A stretch of 64,000 nt of DNA, from positions 192,001 through 256,000 of the forward strand of contig CBDCQT010000012.1 in NCBI GenBank assembly GCA_965220745.1, in the 5' to 3' direction. Below, piece by piece: positions 58,305-64,000 of the stretch. Position 1 is the first letter of the stretch. The number at the start of each line of letters is the position of its first letter. Source of the stretch: Alphaproteobacteria bacterium. GTDB lineage: Bacteria > Pseudomonadota > Alphaproteobacteria > UBA828. The position numbers were made by a program, and so were the translations under genes. Below the pieces are notes generated by a model that worked only from the letters and a program-made list of their open reading frames with translations, searched no databases and was not told the origin of the DNA.

Positions 58305-58333
58305 TTGACAGCCCAAAGGGCGATCCGCATGTT
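58305..58333 (+). promoter_or_regulatory. Candidate sigma70 promoter for the PEP-utiliser operon
   Basis: TTGACA-N17-CATGTT, about 40 bp upstream of the GTG start. Confidence 0.35.
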
Positions 58334-58371
58334 GGCGCCTCCGTTCCGGCGAGCCTGCCCTGGGGGAGAGA

Positions 58372-59124
58372 GTGGCCAAGCTTTACGTGGACACGGACAA
58401 GTACGGCGACCAGGCACACTCGCCCACCGTCGAGGCCTTCCACAGCGCGATAAAAGACCTAGTAAGGCGCCGCCTCGACGAGAGCGGGGTCGACTGGAAC
58501 AGCTTCGTCTTCGACAAGTCCTACGATCTCATCACCGCGGCCGACTTCGAGGAGATCGAGAGGAAGCTGCTCGACGCCGGGCACCGCTACGACTTCTCCG
58601 CCGTAATCTCGGTGAACGAACGGCCCGAGGCCTACAAGCCGGCCGAAGGCATCCTGGGCGACGACCCTGACTGGACCATGGAGCATCCGGACGCGCCCTC
58701 CGCCGAAGCCGATGCGGAGGGCCGCGCCCTCTGCGGCGTCGGCGACAACGTGATGCGCGTCTCCGAGAATACCGTGGGCACCGCGCGCTACGTCCGTTCC
58801 AGCAGCCAGGTCATGCACTACCTCGGAGACGGCGTACCGCCGGAGACCATCGCCATCATCGATGACTCTGGTGGCACACTGACGGCGCCAATCCTGGAGC
58901 AATTCACCGGCATCATCTGCATGGGCGGCACGGTGCGCTCCCACCTCGGCATTCTATCGCGGGAATACGGTATTCCCTGCTTCATGAATGCCAAGATTAC
59001 TGGGATCAAGGAAGGCCAGCGGGTGGAGATGGAAACGGCCGCGGCGGCCAAGACGGCTGAAGCCTACCAGAAGGGCGAGGAGATGACCGCCAACATCTGG
59101 AAGCTGGCACAGGAGGCTTCGTGA
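58372..59124 (+). CDS. Stand-alone PEP-utilising phosphohistidine (swivel) domain protein with an unknown N-terminal domain
   Basis: GIICMGGTVRSHLGILSREYGIPC matches the GGxTSHxxIxxRExGxP phospho-His motif. Confidence 0.85.
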   Translation: MAKLYVDTDKYGDQAHSPTVEAFHSAIKDLVRRRLDESGVDWNSFVFDKSYDLITAADFEEIERKLLDAGHRYDFSAVISVNERPEAYKPAEGILGDDPDWTMEHPDAPSAEADAEGRALCGVGDNVMRVSENTVGTARYVRSSSQVMHYLGDGVPPETIAIIDDSGGTLTAPILEQFTGIICMGGTVRSHLGILSREYGIPCFMNAKITGIKEGQRVEMETAAAAKTAEAYQKGEEMTANIWKLAQEAS

Positions 59125-60677
59125 TGGTCGGCGCACCTCGCCTCTCCTACGCCCAGCTGCTGGAAACCAACAACCTTCTGCAGACCTTCACCGACGAGAC
59201 CTACTGGCTCTGCGTCACGCGCACCGTGCAGGAATCGAAGCTCTTCCCGGTGCCGCCCTACATGCTGCTCTCCTACCTCAACGCCTTCTATCGCTATCCC
59301 TCGCTCTTGCGGAAGGTGGAGAGCGTGATGACGGCGGAAGAGATCGGCGACCGCGCCCGAGCAGGGCGCCCGCCCGGCAAGAGCGCCATGGGCTGGGGGA
59401 TGCCGGGCTTCTACTTGCTCGGCCGCGAGTGGCTCATCAACATGGGTCTGCTGCGGCCGCAGGACGCTGCCGAGGATGTTGTCTACCTGATGGACTTCTG
59501 GAAGCGCCTGCAGCTCTCCTGGCACCGCAACGACGGGCACATCACCAACAAGGAATTCGGCCACCGCTGTCAGATCCTGCCCGAGCGGCGGCTTCAGGTC
59601 TTCGAGTCCGACGCCTACGGCTGCGAGGCCGGCGATCCGCTGCACAGCGCGGCGACGCAGTTCATGGCTTCTGCGGCGCAATACGGATTTCTCGTGAGCT
59701 GCGAGAGCCGCATCAGCCTGCTCAATACCGGGCCCTACAAGCTGGCCGACGGCAACGAGATGATCGTCCGCGAATTCATGGACCTCGGCGAAGGCGACTT
59801 TCCCTGGCTCGACGACGTGGCGGCCGATATCCCCTACAACAATCTCACCGTCCCGATGCTGGTGAAGGACTGCCACTTCTACTTGGTCGACGACTGGGGA
59901 AGCTTCGAATCCGAGCCCGAGTTCCGGGCCGAAAACATCGTCGGCGTCGGCCTCTACACCTCCGACCCGCTCACCGACGGGCACATTCCGGTGGGAATGG
60001 AGAGTCGTGAGACCCTGACCGAGACCTTCCGCACGCTGGACGGGCTCTTCAAGGAGGCGACGGCGCGGCTCTGGAAGCGCATCGCGGGCTGGAGCCGCGA
60101 CCAGATGCTCGACGCGGGCGCGCTCACCTATTTCGGCATCTGCAAGGACCTCGCCCACGTCGCGGGCGTCTACGCCCAAGAGGACTGGATGCTGATCGAC
60201 GAACGGGCCGAGCGCTTCCGCCCCCTGCTCAACGACGAGTTTAGCCGCGATTGCCTGGGCGAATTGGTCGGGCTGCTGACGCTGCCGAGCCATCGCCTCT
60301 CCTCCTACAGCATGATGCAGCACGGCAACGGCCCGACCGGCATGTACACACCGATCCCCTACGCGGTCCTGGACGGCGAGGATTACGTGCCCACCTGCGG
60401 CCCGGTCTATCCTGGCGCCACCACGTTGCCGGCCAAGGCCGACCGCTACCGCACCAGCCAGGGCGTGCTGACGTTGGAGGACTATAACCATCGGGTCCGT
60501 GACTTCACGCCGCAGTCCGACCGGTATCGTTTCCTGGACGAGACCTGGCTCAAGTACAACCACGACACAGCGCGTGCCGACGAGATGTACCGGCACGAGC
60601 AGGTACGGGCGCGCAAGATCCAAGGTCGCGGGGCGTCGCTCGGCGCTGCGGAGCTGGCGGCGCTCCCCCGCGACTAG
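59121..60677 (+). CDS. Hypothetical 518-aa protein, no recognisable domain
   Basis: Long ORF with host-like codon usage; start overlaps the upstream stop (GTGA). Confidence 0.8.
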   Translation: MMVGAPRLSYAQLLETNNLLQTFTDETYWLCVTRTVQESKLFPVPPYMLLSYLNAFYRYPSLLRKVESVMTAEEIGDRARAGRPPGKSAMGWGMPGFYLLGREWLINMGLLRPQDAAEDVVYLMDFWKRLQLSWHRNDGHITNKEFGHRCQILPERRLQVFESDAYGCEAGDPLHSAATQFMASAAQYGFLVSCESRISLLNTGPYKLADGNEMIVREFMDLGEGDFPWLDDVAADIPYNNLTVPMLVKDCHFYLVDDWGSFESEPEFRAENIVGVGLYTSDPLTDGHIPVGMESRETLTETFRTLDGLFKEATARLWKRIAGWSRDQMLDAGALTYFGICKDLAHVAGVYAQEDWMLIDERAERFRPLLNDEFSRDCLGELVGLLTLPSHRLSSYSMMQHGNGPTGMYTPIPYAVLDGEDYVPTCGPVYPGATTLPAKADRYRTSQGVLTLEDYNHRVRDFTPQSDRYRFLDETWLKYNHDTARADEMYRHEQVRARKIQGRGASLGAAELAALPRD

Positions 60678-60718
60678 GCGCGCGCGCCTCTCCCTTCGCA
60701 TCCGAGCGGCCTGACCTC

Positions 60719-62212
60719 ATGCAGATCGGTGAGTACATCCGGCGCGCTGGCGCCATGTACGGCGAGGCGCTGGCGCTGACCGAAGGCGCACGCACGCTGA
60801 GCTTCCGCGAGTTCGATGCGGCGACGGATCGGCTCGGCAACGCGCTGCTGGCGCAGGGCTTCGAGCCGGGCGACCGCGTCGGCGTGCTGCTGCCCAACGG
60901 GATCGATTGTCTGATCGCTTACTACGCGCTCGCCAAGTGCGGCCTCGTGCGGGTCTCGCTCAACGTCCGCGAGACAGCGTCGGACCACCGCTACAAGCTC
61001 GGCGACAGCGGCGCGCGCGGCCTCATCCACGACGATGTCGACGATGCCGAGGGCTTCGGCGCGCCGATGGTCTATGGCCGCGAGGCGCTGCGCCGCCTCA
61101 TCGACGACGGAGCGTCCGGCGCCTGCCGAGTGGACCGCGACCTTGAGGCCCCCTTTCGCCTGGGCTTTACCGGCGGAACCACCGGCGCGCCCAAGGCGGT
61201 CACGCTGACCACGCTGGGCGAGACCGCGGAACTCGCGGCCTTTCTCATGGACCTGGTGCCTGATCTCGCACCGGGCGACCGCTTCCTCCACGCCGCTCCC
61301 ATCGCGCACGCGTCAGGCGCTTTCTTCCTGCCCTCCCTGGTGCGGGGTGTGCACCAGCTGATCATGCCGCACTTCGACGCCGCCGGCCTCATCACGATGG
61401 CGGCGAAGGCGCGCGCGACCCACACGTTTCTGGTGCCGACCATGCTGGCCATGATCATGGAGGAGCCCGCGCTGGAGACCGCCGACCTCGGCTTCAAGCG
61501 CATCTGCTACGGCGCCTCGCCGATCGCGCCGAGCCTCTTGGAGCGTGCCATGGCCCGCTTCGGCCCGGTCTTCGCACAGACCTACGGTCAGGCGGAATCC
61601 CCCATGGTGATCACCTTCCTCCGGCCGGAAGACCACGACCGCGTGGGCTCGTGCGGGCGGCCCTATACCACCGTCGACGTGGCAATCTTCGACGATGACG
61701 ACAGGCCGGTGCCCGCCGGCGAGCAGGGCGAGATCGTCTGCCGCGGCACCCAGCTCATGGCCCGTTACTGGAACCGCCCGGAAGAGACCGCCAAGGCTTT
61801 CCACAACGGTTGGCTCCATACCGGCGACATCGGTCGCATGGACGAGGACGGCTTCGTCTACATTCTCGACCGCAAGAACGACATGCTCATCAGCGGCGGC
61901 TACAATGTCTATCCCCGCGAGATCGAGGATGTGCTGCTGGCCCACGAAGGCGTCGTCGAGGCTGCGGTCGTGGGCTTGCCGGACGAAAAATGGGGCGACC
62001 GCGTCCACGCCGTGGTCGCTGGACGGCCCGGCCTGGACCCGGAGACGGTGCGGCAGTTCTGCCGCGAGAGACTCGCCGGCTACAAGTGCCCGAAGAGCGT
62101 CGAGATCTGGGACGCGCTGCCCAAGAGCGGGGCCGGCAAGCTCCTGCGCCGCGCGGTGCGCGACCGCGTTATCGCCTCCGCCGACGCAACGCCTGAGCGG
62201 CAGAGTGCCTGA
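60719..62212 (+). CDS. AMP-forming acyl-CoA ligase (ANL superfamily)
   Basis: FTGGTTGAPK, TYGQAE, LHTGDIG, RKNDMLISGGYNVYPREIE, LPKSGAGK. Confidence 0.93.
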   Translation: MQIGEYIRRAGAMYGEALALTEGARTLSFREFDAATDRLGNALLAQGFEPGDRVGVLLPNGIDCLIAYYALAKCGLVRVSLNVRETASDHRYKLGDSGARGLIHDDVDDAEGFGAPMVYGREALRRLIDDGASGACRVDRDLEAPFRLGFTGGTTGAPKAVTLTTLGETAELAAFLMDLVPDLAPGDRFLHAAPIAHASGAFFLPSLVRGVHQLIMPHFDAAGLITMAAKARATHTFLVPTMLAMIMEEPALETADLGFKRICYGASPIAPSLLERAMARFGPVFAQTYGQAESPMVITFLRPEDHDRVGSCGRPYTTVDVAIFDDDDRPVPAGEQGEIVCRGTQLMARYWNRPEETAKAFHNGWLHTGDIGRMDEDGFVYILDRKNDMLISGGYNVYPREIEDVLLAHEGVVEAAVVGLPDEKWGDRVHAVVAGRPGLDPETVRQFCRERLAGYKCPKSVEIWDALPKSGAGKLLRRAVRDRVIASADATPERQSA

Positions 62213-62215
62213 GCA

Positions 62216-62818
62216 ATGACCGACGCCTATCTCGTCCTGCACGGCCTCGCGATCAAGAAGCACGCGGATGCTGGTGCGGTCGCCGCCGCGCTTGGACTCG
62301 CCGAAGACGAGGTGCGCGCCATGCTGGAGGATGCAGTGACGAAGGGCCGTGCAGCGTGCGCAGGCGGGGCATATTCGCTCACACCCGTCGCCCGTGTGGC
62401 GCTCGACGGGGCCTATTCCAGGCTGTTCGCCGCGCAACGGACCAATGCAGCCTTCGCCGCTGCCCACGAGCGCTTCGAGGCGATCAATCGAGAGCTCAAG
62501 GCACTGATGACCGCGTGGCAGACCATCGAAATCGATGGCGAGAGCGTGCTAAACGATCACAGCAACAAGGACTACGACGACCGCCTGATCGACCGCCTCG
62601 GGGCCCTGCACGAGCGGGCCGAGGCGATCCTCCGGCAGCTCGCCGCCGGCCTGCCGCGCCTCGCGATCTACGCGCGCAAGCTGGAAGCCGCGCTGGAAAA
62701 GGCCGAGGACGGTGCCATCGAGTGGGTCAGCGGCGCGAAGATCGAGTCCTATCACACAGTGTGGTTCGAGCTTCACGAGGACCTGCTGCGGATCCTCGGC
62801 CGCACGCGGCAGGAATAG
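62216..62818 (+). CDS. Winged-helix plus helical-bundle protein (Rv1126c-like, associated with short PPDK genes)
   Basis: N-terminal wHTH-like segment; C-terminal SYHTVWFELHEDL motif. Confidence 0.7.
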   Translation: MTDAYLVLHGLAIKKHADAGAVAAALGLAEDEVRAMLEDAVTKGRAACAGGAYSLTPVARVALDGAYSRLFAAQRTNAAFAAAHERFEAINRELKALMTAWQTIEIDGESVLNDHSNKDYDDRLIDRLGALHERAEAILRQLAAGLPRLAIYARKLEAALEKAEDGAIEWVSGAKIESYHTVWFELHEDLLRILGRTRQE

Positions 62819-62820
62819 GC

Positions 62821-64000
62821 ATGGGTGCGTTTGACTGCTGGGTCCTCCCCCTCGATCGCGCCGCGCTGCCCGACCGCGCGCTCATCGGCGGCAAGGCATG
62901 GGGCATCGCCGTCATGCGCCACGCGGGCCTGCCGGTGCCGCCCGCCTTCGTCGTGACGACAGAGGCCTGCCGCGCCTATCTCGCGGAAGGCGCGCTGCCG
63001 GAGGGTCTCCTCGACGAGCTGCACGCCGGCATCACCATGCTTGAGACCGAGACCGGGCGTCGCTTCGGCGTGCCCGAGCGCCCGCTGCTGCTGGCCGTTC
63101 GCTCCGGCGCCGCCGTCAGCATGCCGGGCATGCTGGACACGGTGCTCAACCTGGGAATGAGCGAAGAGATCGAGGCGGCTCTAGCGCGGGAAAGCGGCGA
63201 CGCCGCCTTTGCCCGTGACACGCATCGGCGCTTCCACGAGATGTACGAGCGCACCGTGCTCAAGGCGGGGATCGACGGGCTCGCGCCCGAAGGATCCGTC
63301 GAAAATTGGCGCGCCGCCGTGGCGGCGGCTGGGGCCACGGGCAACGTGCCAACGGACCCGCGCGATCAGCTTTTAGGCGCGGTCAGCGCCGTCTTCGACT
63401 CCTGGAACGGCCGGCGCGCGCGGCGCTATCGCAAGCATCACGGGCTGTCCGACGACGCGGGCACTGCCGTCACAGTTCAGGCCATGGTGTTCGGCAACCT
63501 CGGCGAGAACAGCGGGACCGGCGTCCTCTTCAGCCGCAATCCACTCAGCGGGGCGCCCGAGCCATACGGCGAATACCTTGCCCGTGCCCAGGGCGAGGAC
63601 GTGGTCTCCGGCCAGCGGACGCCACAGGGACTGGATGCGCTGGCGTCGTCCCTGCCAGACGCGCACGCCGCCCTGATCGACGCCGCGCGCAAGCTCGAAA
63701 CCCTGAACCGGGATGTGCAGGACATCGAATTCTCGGTACAAGATGGCACGCTCTACCTGCTACAGACTCGCACCGCCGCGCGGGCCCCCGCCGCGGCCGT
63801 CCGCATCGCGGTCGATCTGGTGAACGAGGGAACCATTTCCACCGACGAGGCTCTCGCCCGCGTTAGTGCGAACCAGGTCCGCGCGCTGCTCATGCCGCGC
63901 CTTGCTGATGGCGCCGCCGAGACCGCCCCTCTTCTCGCGGAGGGAGAGGGCGCGAGCCCCGGCGTCGGCATTGGCGCGGCCGTGCTGGACGCCGATGCGG
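62821..64000 (+). CDS. Pyruvate phosphate dikinase-like protein, partial (ATP-grasp domain and start of the His domain)
   Basis: Absent from the ORF track because no stop lies in the window. From ATG 62821: IGGKA, LPVPPAF, VRSGAAVSMPGMLDTVLNLG, VQAMVFGN, QGEDVVSG, DIEF...LLQTR, GASPG. Confidence 0.9.
   Translation, partial: MGAFDCWVLPLDRAALPDRALIGGKAWGIAVMRHAGLPVPPAFVVTTEACRAYLAEGALPEGLLDELHAGITMLETETGRRFGVPERPLLLAVRSGAAVSMPGMLDTVLNLGMSEEIEAALARESGDAAFARDTHRRFHEMYERTVLKAGIDGLAPEGSVENWRAAVAAAGATGNVPTDPRDQLLGAVSAVFDSWNGRRARRYRKHHGLSDDAGTAVTVQAMVFGNLGENSGTGVLFSRNPLSGAPEPYGEYLARAQGEDVVSGQRTPQGLDALASSLPDAHAALIDAARKLETLNRDVQDIEFSVQDGTLYLLQTRTAARAPAAAVRIAVDLVNEGTISTDEALARVSANQVRALLMPRLADGAAETAPLLAEGEGASPGVGIGAAVLDADA

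Noticed and set aside
1-64000. CRISPR arrays, cas genes, rRNA, tRNA, riboswitches, defence systems
   Set aside because: No regularly spaced repeats or recognisable signatures seen by eye; a covariance-model scan would be needed to exclude small RNAs.

Overview
High-GC bacterial DNA, most consistent with an Alphaproteobacterium (inferred from gene content and a CIR/BRU-RS-like repeat). There are four blocks. (1) 0.3-23.7 kb: an amine/N-heterocycle catabolic cluster with no regulator gene: Rieske oxygenase alpha/beta, three TMADH/histamine-dehydrogenase-family paralogues, PhyH dioxygenase, cupin, phytoene-desaturase-like and GcvT-type flavoproteins, choline-kinase-like enzyme, proline iminopeptidase, SDR, an orphan SBP and a Liv-type ABC transporter. 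(2) 24.0-43.9 kb: a nested, decaying mobile region. A RIT element (three tyrosine recombinases) sits inside a large-serine-recombinase element, which sits in the 3' end of a broken tyrosine integrase. Then follow a monosaccharide ABC operon with damaged catabolic genes, a MOB_F relaxase-helicase and IS/integrase remnants. (3) 44.0-58.2 kb: NitT/TauT ABC plus dihydropyrimidinase, AhpD-like gene, tandem acetoacetate-decarboxylase-family genes with a second Liv ABC, and surE. (4) 58.4 kb to the end: an uncharacterised operon of a stand-alone PEP-utiliser phosphohistidine-domain protein, an unknown 518-aa protein, an acyl-CoA ligase, a wHTH/helical-bundle protein and a PPDK-like ATP-grasp protein. 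Best leads: predicted circularisation of the serine-recombinase element fuses the recombinase in frame to a DUF5372-like ORF; the RIT end carries a copy of its own target hexamer in a core-site-like arrangement; and the split PPDK-like phosphotransfer operon. All family calls come from motif recognition by eye; no searches were run.
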